Below are positions 10,901-20,167 of a stretch of DNA of 64,000 nucleotides, in pieces. Under the pieces are notes generated by a model that did no database searches, had not been told where the DNA came from, and saw only the letters and a list, made by a program, of their open reading frames with translations. The stretch spans positions 2,845 to 66,844 of the forward strand of contig JACOYO010000005.1 in the NCBI GenBank assembly GCA_016181845.1. Direction: 5' to 3'. The position numbers and the translations under genes were made by a program. Numbering within the stretch: position 1 is the first letter of the stretch; the number at the start of each line of letters is the position of its first letter. Source of the stretch: Parcubacteria group bacterium. GTDB lineage: Bacteria; Patescibacteriota; Minisyncoccia; Phycocordibacterales; 21-14-all-47-15.

Positions 10901-12617
10901 AAAAATACAATTTTTGAAGTTTGCGCTGTTTCTCGGTCTTTTCGTCTTTTCGTTTTTTGGCGCAAGGACAGTGAACGCCGCGACTATTTATTTTAGTCCG
11001 TCTTCCGGTAATTTTTCTGTTGGGAATATTTTGACCATGAGTGTTTTGGTTAATACCCAAAGCAAGGCAATAAACAACTCCAATGCAATTATAAATTTTC
11101 CAGCCGGCCTTTTGGAGGTCGTTTCGATTAGCAAATCCGGCTCCATCTTTTCGTTGTGGGTTGAAGAGCCGTCTTTTTCTAATAGCGCGGGGACTATCTC
11201 TTTTGATGGCGGACTGCCAACACCAGGTTTTAACGGCACAGCGGGTAAAATTGTAAATATCGTTTTTAGGATTCGCAACGCCGGCACTGCTTCATTGGTA
11301 TTTTCTTCCGCGGCCGTCCGAGCAAACGACGGCTACGGCACGGATATTTTGCAGACCAAAGCCAATGCTCAATTTAATTTAATTTCAGAAGAAAGACCAA
11401 TAGCGCCTCCGCCGGTTACCCTCGGGACTCCGCAGGCGCCAAGCATTTCTTCGCCAACTCACTCCGATTCTAATAAATGGTATTCAAATAATAGCCCCAA
11501 ATTTATGTGGGATGTTCCTTCTGGTATTACCGGTGTAAGATTGCTCGTTGGTCGTTTGCCTACAGCCACTCCAACCATACTTTACACAGAGCCAATTTCA
11601 GAAAGACAATTAGAAGATTTTGCTGATGGTGTATGGTATTTCCACGCTCAATTTAAGAATGAGGCGGGCTGGGGCGGCATTGCACACTTCCGTTTCCAGA
11701 TTGATACTGAAAAGCCTAGCCGCTTTGAGTTAACGGAAATTCCGCGAAAAGACATTACCGAACCAAAAACTAAATTTATTTTTGACGCAAAAGACGAAAC
11801 TTCGGGCATTGACCATTACAAAGTTCAAATAGATGCAGGAAGTTCGCAGGTCTGGCAAGATGACGGAAGCCACAAATATGAGACACCTGTTTTAGAACCG
11901 GGCAAACACACATTAATCGCAAAAGCAGTGGATAAAGCAGGCAACTCATTAGCCAATTCAGTAGAATTTACTATTGAAGCCCTGAAACCGCCGACTATTA
12001 CCGAATATCCAAAAGAATTACAAAGCGGTGAGATACTCAAAGTTGAAGGAAATACCTATTTGAATTCTAAAGTTGTCTTGTGGCTTCAAAGAGAAAAAGA
12101 AGACGCCCAAAGTTATAGTATAGAAAGCGACAAAAACGGAAACTTTACTTTTATCGCTGATGAAAAGTCAAAAGATGGTATTTACAAATTGTGGGCAGAA
12201 GCAATTGATGATAGAGGCGCAAGAAGTGAACCGTCAGACAAATTAACTATTATTGTCCAGCGATTGGCAATCTTGGAAATAGCAACTCGAGCAACAATAT
12301 TCCTGATCATTATAATCCCACTTATTGCTCTACTTATCATTTTACTCATGTTGGTCTGGTACCTCTGGCATAAATTTATAACCATGAGGAACCGGCTTCA
12401 AAAAGAAGTCCGTGAGGCCGAGCAAGCATTGCATAAAGCATTTGATCTACTAAAGGAAGATATTCGAGAGCATATCAAAATGCTTGAGAAAGCCCAAACA
12501 AAACGGCGCCTTACCGAAGAAGAGGAAAAAATTATAAAGCAACTCAAAAAAGATTTAGATGACGCTGAAAAGTTTGTGCGAAAAGAAATTGAGGACATTG
12601 AAAAAGAAGTAAAATAG
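10887..12617 (+). CDS. Cohesin-like and Ig-like domain protein with TM helix and cytoplasmic coiled coil
   Basis: ATIYFSPSSG.FSVG...INFPAGLLEVVSISK.GSIFSLW.EEP...ISFDGGLPTPGF; AVDKAGN Ig repeat; TM; coiled-coil tail. Confidence 0.8.
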   Translation: MFKNKKIQFLKFALFLGLFVFSFFGARTVNAATIYFSPSSGNFSVGNILTMSVLVNTQSKAINNSNAIINFPAGLLEVVSISKSGSIFSLWVEEPSFSNSAGTISFDGGLPTPGFNGTAGKIVNIVFRIRNAGTASLVFSSAAVRANDGYGTDILQTKANAQFNLISEERPIAPPPVTLGTPQAPSISSPTHSDSNKWYSNNSPKFMWDVPSGITGVRLLVGRLPTATPTILYTEPISERQLEDFADGVWYFHAQFKNEAGWGGIAHFRFQIDTEKPSRFELTEIPRKDITEPKTKFIFDAKDETSGIDHYKVQIDAGSSQVWQDDGSHKYETPVLEPGKHTLIAKAVDKAGNSLANSVEFTIEALKPPTITEYPKELQSGEILKVEGNTYLNSKVVLWLQREKEDAQSYSIESDKNGNFTFIADEKSKDGIYKLWAEAIDDRGARSEPSDKLTIIVQRLAILEIATRATIFLIIIIPLIALLIILLMLVWYLWHKFITMRNRLQKEVREAEQALHKAFDLLKEDIREHIKMLEKAQTKRRLTEEEEKIIKQLKKDLDDAEKFVRKEIEDIEKEVK

Positions 12618-12732
12618 TTAGAAAAAACATTGAAATATGGATATTAAAGAACAAGCAAGATGATGATCAGCCGCCATGAAAAATCTCCGCCAGTCCAGCG
12701 TTATTGAGTCGTCTGTGTCTTTTTCTACAAAA

Positions 12733-12933
12733 TTGGAGCCGCCTCCCGGGCTTGAACCGGGGACCTACGGTTTACAAAACCGTTGCTCATCCCTCCTATC
12801 GCCAGTTTCGCTTCGCTTCACATGGGCGATTTTCTGCCTTAGGCAGAAACCGGAAAAAAAGCAAAGCAGTTTGCTTTTTTTCCAACTGAGCTAGCTCAGT
12901 TGTTAGAGCAACACAAGAAAATATACTGCATTT
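12733..12933 (-). mobile_element. 200-bp non-coding element at tRNA-Thr with a duplicated tRNA 3' part and four hairpins
   Basis: 12733-12788 = 12933-12988 (56 bp); the intervening 144 bp is almost entirely inverted repeats. Confidence 0.75.
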
Positions 12934-13009
12934 TGGAGCCGCCTCCCGGGCTTGAACCGGGGACCTACGGTTTACAAAACCGTTGCTCTACCAACTGAGC
13001 TAAGGCGGC
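12934..13009 (-). tRNA. tRNA-Thr (UGU)
   Basis: GCCGCCTTAGCTCAGTTGGTAGAGCAACGGTTTTGTAAACCGTAGGTCCCCGGTTCAAGCCCGGGAGGCGGCTCCA; 76 nt, cloverleaf, encoded CCA. Confidence 0.97.
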
Positions 13010-13033
13010 AATTGATTTTATATTTTTACAAAG

Positions 13034-13058
13034 TTTACAAAGGAGGAACCTTTGTAAA
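13034..13058. repeat. REP family B singlet (TTACAAAGG-AGGAA-CCTTTGTAA)
   Basis: Same palindrome as those around the RAYT at 45.7-46.4 kb. Confidence 0.9.
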
Positions 13059-13068
13059 AATAAGGGTT

Positions 13069-13485
13069 TTATTCGTCTTTGCGGGGCTTATCCTTGTTAA
13101 GATTGCCGTTTAATTTATATTCCGCGATAGTTTTTAAAAACGGCGACGCTTCCCCACGTGCCATCATCTCGTTCCTGCCTTCCAAAGAACGTTTGATACG
13201 AACTAATTTTTTGTGCATAGCGCCAAACAGCTCCGCAAGATAATGCACGACCGCTTGCGTGGCGGCGTGCACTCGAGGGGCAATGTGTATTTGATGCACT
13301 CGTTCCGCATGCAATGATATAAGCGCAATATATTTTGCAGTTATTCCACGGATATTAAACATTGCGTGTGTGTGCTCCTCTTCATCACATATAATCTTCC
13401 CCGTGCGAATCTGCCACAAGCGAAATGAAAACATGCCGATAATTTCGGCGGCGGCAATCATAAATATTGAAGCAAGAATATACAT
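13069..13485 (-). CDS. Hypothetical protein with N-terminal TM helix
   Basis: Likely start MYILASIF; C-terminal GEASPFLKTIAEYK. Confidence 0.6.
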   Translation of the reverse strand: MYILASIFMIAAAEIIGMFSFRLWQIRTGKIICDEEEHTHAMFNIRGITAKYIALISLHAERVHQIHIAPRVHAATQAVVHYLAELFGAMHKKLVRIKRSLEGRNEMMARGEASPFLKTIAEYKLNGNLNKDKPRKDE

Positions 13486-13549
13486 AATATAAGTATAGAA
13501 TACGCGCCAACAAATACAATCTGGCGCATAGTTTGCCACAAGCTGATTA

Positions 13550-14140
13550 TCAACGTGTTCCAAACCGCTCAAAACGAGAGACCTCTATTTTTTCACCGAA
13601 TTTTTGGACTGCTTGTTCAATGAGTTTTTCAACGGTTATTGAATCATCTTTTACAAATGGTTGTTTCAAAAGAATGCGCTCGCCAAAGTATGCGGCAATT
13701 TTCCCCTCAAGCGCTTTTTCTTTTACCGCGTCGGGCTTGTCCATTGCTTCCACTTCTTTCGCGAAAACTTCTTTTGCTTTTTCGCGCTCCGATTCCGGCA
13801 CGTCTTCCGATTTCAAAAACGAAGGATTGAGCGCCGCCACGTGCATCGCGATATCGTACGCCAGAGAAACAAAATCTTCATTTTTGGCGACAAAGTCGGT
13901 CTCGCAAGAAAGAAGCACCATGCTCCCAACCGTGCGGTCAGGATGAATATACGCATGTATCGCTCCGGCGCCAAGCGTACGGTCCGCTTTTTTTGAAGCA
14001 ATCTCACCGCTTTTTTTCTGCAAAATAACAAGCGCTTTTGCTTCATCTCCGCCCGCTTCTTCAAGCGCTTTTTTGCACTGCATGACCGATATGCCGGTTT
14101 TGTCCCGCAATTGTTTTATTTGTTCTGTAGTAATCACCAT
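13550..14140 (-). CDS. tsf: Elongation factor Ts (short form)
   Basis: IKQLRDKTG..MQCKKALEE; CETDFVA; LLKQPF; follows rpsB. Confidence 0.97.
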   Translation of the reverse strand: MVITTEQIKQLRDKTGISVMQCKKALEEAGGDEAKALVILQKKSGEIASKKADRTLGAGAIHAYIHPDRTVGSMVLLSCETDFVAKNEDFVSLAYDIAMHVAALNPSFLKSEDVPESEREKAKEVFAKEVEAMDKPDAVKEKALEGKIAAYFGERILLKQPFVKDDSITVEKLIEQAVQKFGEKIEVSRFERFGTR

Positions 14141-14141
14141 G

Positions 14142-14867
14142 TTAGATTGTTTTTGTCTTCACTCCATCCTTATACGCATCGGCGATTGCTTGGACAAAAA
14201 ACGCAACGCTTTTTTGCACGGCATCGTTTGCGGGAATCGGATACGCAATATTTTTTATATCGGAATCTGAACTCCCAAGCCCGATAATCGGCACGCGCAT
14301 TTCTTTCGCTTCTCCCACTGCAGTCTTTTCATTTCTAAAATCAACGATAAAAAGTGCCGCCGGCTTGTCTGGCATAGACACAATCCCACCGAAATTCTTT
14401 TCAAGCCGCTCAATTTCGCGGTCAAACATGAGCCGCTCTTTTTTGGTGTATTGAGAGAGTTCTCCTTTTTCGCGTTTAGTGCGAAGCGATACCAATCGCG
14501 CGATACGTTTTTTAATTTCAGAAAAATTGGTGAGCGTGCCGCCAATCCAGCGGTTGTTTACATATGGCATACCAATGGCTTGTGCCGCGTCTTTGGTGAG
14601 ATTCGCGGCGACTGATTTGGTGCCGACAAAAAGAATCTGCTTGCCCATTTTGCCCAATTCTGCCGCAAACGCTTTCGCGGTATTCAAGCGCGTAATAGTC
14701 TGTTCAAGGTCAATCACATCAACGCCATTTTTATTGCCCAAAAGAAGCGGCACATATGAAGGATGCCTGCGTGAACGCGAATAGCCGTAATGCGCGCCAA
14801 CGGCAAATAACGCGTCAATTTCCGTATCTGATGGTTTCTTTTTTGTTTCAGTTGTCATTTCGGTCAT
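14142..14867 (-). CDS. rpsB: 30S ribosomal protein S2
   Basis: GAHYG; ILFVGTK; RWIGGTLTNF; IPANDA. Confidence 0.97.
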   Translation of the reverse strand: MTEMTTETKKKPSDTEIDALFAVGAHYGYSRSRRHPSYVPLLLGNKNGVDVIDLEQTITRLNTAKAFAAELGKMGKQILFVGTKSVAANLTKDAAQAIGMPYVNNRWIGGTLTNFSEIKKRIARLVSLRTKREKGELSQYTKKERLMFDREIERLEKNFGGIVSMPDKPAALFIVDFRNEKTAVGEAKEMRVPIIGLGSSDSDIKNIAYPIPANDAVQKSVAFFVQAIADAYKDGVKTKTI

Positions 14868-14904
14868 AAGTGAAAAGATAACAGAAAATCGCGTACCGCG
14901 CAAC

Positions 14905-14929
14905 CCTGTTGAAGTTTGACTTCAACAGG
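14905..14929. repeat. Perfect hairpin CCTGTTGAAGT-TTG-ACTTCAACAGG (REP-like or terminator)
   Basis: 11-bp inverted repeat between prfA and rpsB. Confidence 0.5.
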
Positions 14930-14950
14930 ATCTCAATTTTTTGAAAAAAA

Positions 14951-15892
14951 TCAACCTTGCGCGAATCGGCTGATTATCGGCTCTATATCTCCGGCAAAAA
15001 TACGCTCGATGCCGTGCCACGACTCTTTGATACGATGGTCGGTTACGCGGTCTTGCAATATGTTGTATGTGCGAATCTTTTCAGAGCGGTCTCCGGTGCC
15101 AATCTGACTTTTACGCTCTGCCGCGTGTTCTTTGTCGGCTTTTTCGCGCTCCATTTCTTCCAATTTTGCCGCAATAATTGAAAGCGCTCTTTCGCGGTTT
15201 TTCTGCTGGCTTCTCTCACTCGTGCATCGCACGACAAGCCCCGACGGCTTGTGCAATAGACGCACCGCCGTTTCCACCTTGTTCACATTCTGCCCGCCAG
15301 CACCGCCCGATCGCGAAAAGGTAATTTCCAAATCAGCCGGACTTATTTCTACGTGCGATGTCTTGCGTACCGGCAAGACCGCCACCGATGCTGTGGATGT
15401 GTGCACGCGTCCGGATTTTTCCGTTGCGGGAATTCTCTGGATGCGGTGTACGCCGGTTTCATATCGTAATTTTTTGTACACTTCTTGACCTTTGATTTCA
15501 AAAGATGCTTCTTTGTATCCGTCCATCGCCGAGAGAGATTCATCAAGTCTATGAAACGACCAGCCATTTTTTTCCGCATATTTTTCATACATCTCCGAGA
15601 GATTGCGCGCGAAAATCGCCGCCTCTTCTCCGCCGGCGCCAGCTCGTACTTCAAGGATGATTTCATTTGGGAATTCCTCTTCTTCTTTATCCTTTGCCAA
15701 AATTTCATCCATCTGCTTAATGAGGGCGTCTTGCTGTTCTTCAATTTCTTTCAATTCTTCTTGCGCCAATTCTTTAAGCATTTCATCCGCTTCGGCGGTT
15801 TGGAGAGCGTCTGCTTTGGCACGTTCAAGCCGCTCGTGTTCCTGCGCGAGAAATTGCGTTTTTGGATTTTCTTTGTAGATGTTGATGTCCAT
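14951..15892 (-). CDS. prfA: Peptide chain release factor 1 (N-terminally shortened)
   Basis: [11 protein letters not shown]; IPATE (PxT); GAGGQNVNK; [11 protein letters not shown]. Confidence 0.95.
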   Translation of the reverse strand: MDINIYKENPKTQFLAQEHERLERAKADALQTAEADEMLKELAQEELKEIEEQQDALIKQMDEILAKDKEEEEFPNEIILEVRAGAGGEEAAIFARNLSEMYEKYAEKNGWSFHRLDESLSAMDGYKEASFEIKGQEVYKKLRYETGVHRIQRIPATEKSGRVHTSTASVAVLPVRKTSHVEISPADLEITFSRSGGAGGQNVNKVETAVRLLHKPSGLVVRCTSERSQQKNRERALSIIAAKLEEMEREKADKEHAAERKSQIGTGDRSEKIRTYNILQDRVTDHRIKESWHGIERIFAGDIEPIISRFAQG

Positions 15893-15949
15893 GTTGTTTA
15901 TTGTAGCGTGCCTTTGTATGGCTTGACAAGTATATTTAATGATGCATTA

Positions 15950-15978
15950 AAAAATCCGCGGAAGCGGCGGATTTTTTA
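15950..15978 (-). terminator. Intrinsic terminator after rpmE
   Basis: AAAAATCCGC...GCGGATTTTT. Confidence 0.6.
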
Positions 15979-15999
15979 TGCTTAACCAACAGCGTGGGA

Positions 16000-16218
16000 C
16001 TATTTCTTTTTTGGAGCTGCTTTCGCGCGGCGGGTTTTGAATTTTTCCACGCGGCCGGCTGTATCCACCACCTTTTCTTGCCCAGTAAAAAACGGGTGGC
16101 ACGCACTGCAAATTTCCACGTGTATTTCAGGCATGGTAGAGCCAACTTCAAAAATATTGCCGCAGGCGCAAGTCACTTTCGCTTTTTGGTGATATTCCGG
16201 ATGAACATCTTTTTTCAT
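16000..16218 (-). CDS. rpmE: 50S ribosomal protein L31
   Basis: MKKDVHPEY...CACG...[10 protein letters not shown]...DTAGRVEKF. Confidence 0.96.
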   Translation of the reverse strand: MKKDVHPEYHQKAKVTCACGNIFEVGSTMPEIHVEICSACHPFFTGQEKVVDTAGRVEKFKTRRAKAAPKKK

Positions 16219-16289
16219 AAGTATAACCATAACATATCTAATTTCTTTTGCAATATGTTGAAAATCTGCAATGTAATATGTGTGACAAA

Positions 16290-16369
16290 TATGTTGGACA
16301 TCGGATGTCCAACATACAACATGAACTAATTTCTTTAGTAATATGTTGGACATCCGATGTCCAACATAT
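16290..16369. repeat. REP family A inverted doublet (GTTGGACATC-G/C-GATGTCCAAC)
   Basis: Copies at 16290-16316 and 16341-16369 with complementary central base. Confidence 0.92.
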
Positions 16370-16387
16370 ATAATATTATTTATTATT

Positions 16388-17098
16388 ATGCATAACGAAT
16401 TTTTTCATTTACTTAATCGCGGCGTAGACAAAAGAAACATTTTTCTAGACGAAAGGGATTATTTTAGATTCATACATAACTTATTTGAATTCAACGATAT
16501 TAATAATGTCAATCCAAATAGCAGTAATCGTGTATTTAAATCTAAATCTCACAATTCCCAATGGTTGGACATCGGATGTCCAACCATTGGGAAAACTGAA
16601 AGAAGACCGCGTAAATTGTTGGTAAATATTCACTTCTTTTGTCTAATGCCCAATCATTACCATCTTCTTGTCTCCCCTCTCGTGGAAAATGGCATCTCAT
16701 ATTTTATGAAAAAATTAAATATGGGATACTCAAAATATTTTAACGAAAAATATGATAGGTCCGGAGCTTTGTTCCAGGGAAAGTACAAATCCGTTCACAT
16801 TGAACGGGACGCTCATTTTTTATGGATTCCTTATTATATTCACTTTAATCCTTTGGAATTAAAATTTCCCTCGTGGAAACATGAAAAAGTCTCCGATTAT
16901 AAACAAGCTATGAAATATTTAGAATCTTATAGATGGAGCAGTCATTTGGATTATCTAGGAAAGAAAAATTTTCCTTCGGTAACACAACGAGATTTTTTTC
17001 TTGAATCTTTTGGCGGAGAAAAGAAGTATCAAAATTCTGTTTCAGAATCTCTCTCTGAAATAAATATATCCGATATGGAAAATATAACTCTTGAGTAA
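16388..17098 (+). CDS. REP-associated tyrosine transposase (RAYT, Y1 HUH), family A
   Basis: FHLLNRG.DKR.IF; CLMPNHYH (HUH); G.LFQGKYK; YIHFNP; YRWSS; flanked by REP-A. Confidence 0.9.
   Translation: MHNEFFHLLNRGVDKRNIFLDERDYFRFIHNLFEFNDINNVNPNSSNRVFKSKSHNSQWLDIGCPTIGKTERRPRKLLVNIHFFCLMPNHYHLLVSPLVENGISYFMKKLNMGYSKYFNEKYDRSGALFQGKYKSVHIERDAHFLWIPYYIHFNPLELKFPSWKHEKVSDYKQAMKYLESYRWSSHLDYLGKKNFPSVTQRDFFLESFGGEKKYQNSVSESLSEINISDMENITLE
16557..16591. repeat. REP-A copy inside the RAYT coding sequence
   Basis: CCCAATGGTTGGACATC-G-GATGTCCAACCATTGGG, 17-bp arms, encodes [11 protein letters not shown]. Confidence 0.92.
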
Positions 17099-17109
17099 TT
17101 TGAGTAATT

Positions 17110-17130
17110 GTTGGACATCGGATGTCCAAC
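17110..17130. repeat. REP-A copy downstream of RAYT
   Basis: GTTGGACATCGGATGTCCAAC. Confidence 0.92.
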
Positions 17131-17138
17131 GGGTTGTC

Positions 17139-18491
17139 TTAATCGCCTTGCAAGATGTCAATCATATTTTGATATTTTTCCGCAAGCGCCATCACGTCGT
17201 CCCCATAAAACGCATACGATGGTTTCTGCCAATTACCTCCAGCCAAATACCGAAGCGCCGCGCGGCGCTCGGCGGTATACCCGCCAGCGCTAGCGCCGTT
17301 ATCCCGAAGCAAGAGCGCCGCCGCCATGAAAGCGTCTCCGGCATCCCACGGATTTGGCGGATTGTGTCCTGTCCGCGAAGCGATGGACGATTTATAGAGC
17401 TGCCATGTCGTCGGCATGAACTGCGCCGGTCCCATCGCCCCGCCGCATCCGTAGTATGGCGCCTTTGAAACTGGCATCGTATCGGGATTGAGGCCAAGCT
17501 CGCCGGTAATTGCAAGAAATGCAGATTTTTGATTTTCAGCCGATGTTGGATATCCTATGCTTATATAACATTGATACAAATCTTTTTTCCAATTACCAGT
17601 GCCGACATTTGCGCCGAGCTCCGATTCTTCGGCTATCGTCCCTAAAATAAATGCCGAGCGGACCCCAGTTGCCTTAGACGCCTTATCGGCAAATTGCAGA
17701 GCTTTTTCAAAAGGGATAGCCGCACTGCCACGAAGTGCAAACAACTCGCTTCTGATGACGGCTGCCGATTTTTCTTTTTGTTTGATAATCTGCTGATACG
17801 CATCTTCTTGCCCTTTGGTTATCTTGAGAATCTGTTTTTTATCGGCCTCACTTTGTTCTATGCGGCGTTGTTGCAACACCTGAATCCCGCGCAATTCTTC
17901 TTCTTCCGCCCGTTTTGATTCAAGCGCGTGCTTCTGCTCTTCGGTAAGATTTTTTGTATTTTCTATTTCATCAAGCGACTCACTCAACGCACGCCCAAGA
18001 AAATCGAGCGAATCAATGTCCGAAAACAAATCTGAAATATTTTCTTGCGCGAGAACAACTTCCACGATGGAGTACTGATCAACTTCGTTTGTCTTGCGCA
18101 CGAGCTGGGCAAGCGAGCGCCGTTCGCCGTCCATTTTTTCAATCAATGTACCTATCACTTTCTGTTTGTCTGCGATGTCGGTGCGTAATTTTTGAATTGC
18201 GATATCGCGGACACGAATGCTCAACTTGGCCTTCTCTATTTGAGCGTTCAAAATCGCGACATCCCGCTCAAGCGACACACGCTCACGCTGTTTGCTTTGA
18301 AGAACCGTCTGCTGTCCCGCGATTTCCTTCTCAAGATTGGCGAGGTCGTCCTCAAGCTGCGCGCGGCGGGCGTCAATGGTCGTGGCTATATCGGCGGCAA
18401 AAATATTCCCAACATTAAAAAAACCAAAAGACGCGGTTTGCCCAAAAACAAACACAAATATGCCTAGATAAAAAGACAATTTCTTCAACAT
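17139..18491 (-). CDS. Coiled-coil protein with lytic murein transglycosylase (MltB/SLT_2-like) domain
   Basis: Long coiled coil; EESELG; GAMGPAQFMPTTW; NPW...DA. Confidence 0.85.
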   Translation of the reverse strand: MLKKLSFYLGIFVFVFGQTASFGFFNVGNIFAADIATTIDARRAQLEDDLANLEKEIAGQQTVLQSKQRERVSLERDVAILNAQIEKAKLSIRVRDIAIQKLRTDIADKQKVIGTLIEKMDGERRSLAQLVRKTNEVDQYSIVEVVLAQENISDLFSDIDSLDFLGRALSESLDEIENTKNLTEEQKHALESKRAEEEELRGIQVLQQRRIEQSEADKKQILKITKGQEDAYQQIIKQKEKSAAVIRSELFALRGSAAIPFEKALQFADKASKATGVRSAFILGTIAEESELGANVGTGNWKKDLYQCYISIGYPTSAENQKSAFLAITGELGLNPDTMPVSKAPYYGCGGAMGPAQFMPTTWQLYKSSIASRTGHNPPNPWDAGDAFMAAALLLRDNGASAGGYTAERRAALRYLAGGNWQKPSYAFYGDDVMALAEKYQNMIDILQGD

Positions 18492-18519
18492 AAAAGATAT
18501 AAGTAGTATAGCATATTAT

Positions 18520-18555
18520 AAAAAACCGCCTCGTCTGAAACAGGGCGGTTTTTTT
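18520..18555 (-). terminator. Intrinsic terminator after rplY
   Basis: AAAAAACCGCC...GGCGGTTTTTT. Confidence 0.65.
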
Positions 18556-18560
18556 AATTA

Positions 18561-19217
18561 TTAAGCCTTGGTTTCGCTTGGCGCGGCCTCGCTTCCTTCT
18601 TCTTCTTTCTTGCCTTTCTTTTCCACTTCAATCGCAGAAAGGTCTATCGGCGCGGGCGCTTCTTCTTTTTCTTCAACTTTTTGAGTTATCATCGCGACTA
18701 CTTCTTCCGGATTATCCGTCGCCACTGCGCTTTCAGGAAGCGCGATATCTTTGATGGAAATCTGGCTGTCAAAATCTTTCAGCGTTGAAATATCAACTTT
18801 GATTTCATGCGGCAAATGTTTCGGCAACACTTCTATTTCCATTTCATACATCACTTTTACGAGCGTCCCGCCCAAATCTTTGACCGCAGGAGAAACACCT
18901 TCAAAAACAATCGGCACAGTAACCGTCACTTTCTTTTTCGCGTCAATCACATAAAAATCAGCGTGGATAGGCTCTCCGCGGACAGGGTCAAGCGTCACTT
19001 CATGAATCAAGATATCAAGCTTTCCTTCCGTGGTTTCAAGCGCAATCACCGATGATTCACCGGCTTCGTGCCATATTTTTTGAAAATCTTTCGTTGATAC
19101 AGAAACGGGCTTTGACGTGGTTTTTGAACCATAAAAAACCGCTGGCATTCTGCCTTCTTTTCGGAGCTTCGCGAGCCCTTTTTTCGCATCTCTTTTTTCT
19201 GTCGCTAATGTAAACAT
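18561..19217 (-). CDS. rplY: 50S ribosomal protein L25/Ctc
   Basis: LRKEGRMPAVFYG; PIHADFY; LP..LP.EI.VDIS.L. Confidence 0.95.
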   Translation of the reverse strand: MFTLATEKRDAKKGLAKLRKEGRMPAVFYGSKTTSKPVSVSTKDFQKIWHEAGESSVIALETTEGKLDILIHEVTLDPVRGEPIHADFYVIDAKKKVTVTVPIVFEGVSPAVKDLGGTLVKVMYEMEIEVLPKHLPHEIKVDISTLKDFDSQISIKDIALPESAVATDNPEEVVAMITQKVEEKEEAPAPIDLSAIEVEKKGKKEEEGSEAAPSETKA

Positions 19218-19264
19218 ACACTACTGTATACACGAAAAACTCTTTCGTGTCAAAAAAATTAATA

Positions 19265-19287
19265 TGTTGGACATCGGATGTCCAACA
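19265..19287. repeat. REP-A copy between fba and rplY
   Basis: TGTTGGACATCGGATGTCCAACA. Confidence 0.92.
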
Positions 19288-19292
19288 ATTCA

Positions 19293-20144
19293 TTATGACT
19301 TGCTAAAAAGTCTCAAGCGCTTTTCGGCGGCTGTTCGCACCGCCTCTCGGGCATCATTCAAAATGTGATAAGGAGCAACGTCATCGGGATACCGCGACAA
19401 GTGATTTGCTACGGCGTCTTTCCACGCGACACGAATTTCGGTATTGATATGAATAATAGAGATTCCCGCTTTTATCGCGGCAAGAAAATCATCATCGGAA
19501 ATGCCGGAACCGCCATGAAGCACAAGCGGCACATTAGCGCTTTTTTTTATGTCGCCAATGCGCGCTATATCAAGACGCGGATTGGAAACGTTTTTCAGCA
19601 TGCCGTGAATATTGCCAACTGCCGGCGCAAGCATATCAACACCAGTTTCTTTAGCGAAATCTGCCGCTTCTTTGGGCTCCGTCAATTCCACCCCTTCGGG
19701 TATTGCATCTAATAATTTTGAAGAAACGCCGATAAAGCCAAGCTCTCCTTCCACCAGTACGTCGCGGCCAGAAGTGCCTGCGTATAAGACACATTGCTTG
19801 GTTATCGCAATACGTTCGTCTGCTGGCAATTTCGTGCCGTCAAAAATCACGGCATCCACTCCAGCGTCAATCGCATCTTTCACCTTTTCAAATGAATACG
19901 TGTGGTCGGCATTCACATACATCGGCACGCCAATCTCTTCCGAAATGCTTTTAACCGCTACCACCGCCTGCCTGATGCCGAAAAATTCGCGCTCTCCTTC
20001 CGAAAGTCCGATAATAACCGGTACGCCGACATTTTTTGCGGCAAGCGCAATCCCCCACAGCGCATCAATCGTTGAGATATTAAAATGCCCGATGGCAACA
20101 CCGCTCTTTACCGCGTCTGTTATTGTTTCTCGGAGTGTTTTCAT
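19293..20144 (-). CDS. fba: Class II fructose-bisphosphate aldolase
   Basis: NADH; VEGELG; GNIHG; PLVLHGGSG; INTE. Confidence 0.93.
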   Translation of the reverse strand: MKTLRETITDAVKSGVAIGHFNISTIDALWGIALAAKNVGVPVIIGLSEGEREFFGIRQAVVAVKSISEEIGVPMYVNADHTYSFEKVKDAIDAGVDAVIFDGTKLPADERIAITKQCVLYAGTSGRDVLVEGELGFIGVSSKLLDAIPEGVELTEPKEAADFAKETGVDMLAPAVGNIHGMLKNVSNPRLDIARIGDIKKSANVPLVLHGGSGISDDDFLAAIKAGISIIHINTEIRVAWKDAVANHLSRYPDDVAPYHILNDAREAVRTAAEKRLRLFSKS

Positions 20145-20167
20145 TACATTATGATATACTGTAAATA

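Noticed and set aside
12734-12893. Second functional tRNA-Thr with a D-loop intron
   Set aside because: The 5' acceptor strand GCCGCCT is missing, so removing the insert would not give a complete tRNA; no group I intron features.
16290-19287. REP-A or REP-B repeats as a CRISPR array
   Set aside because: Irregular spacing, mixed orientation, dispersed copies, no cas genes; the adjacent genes are HUH transposases.
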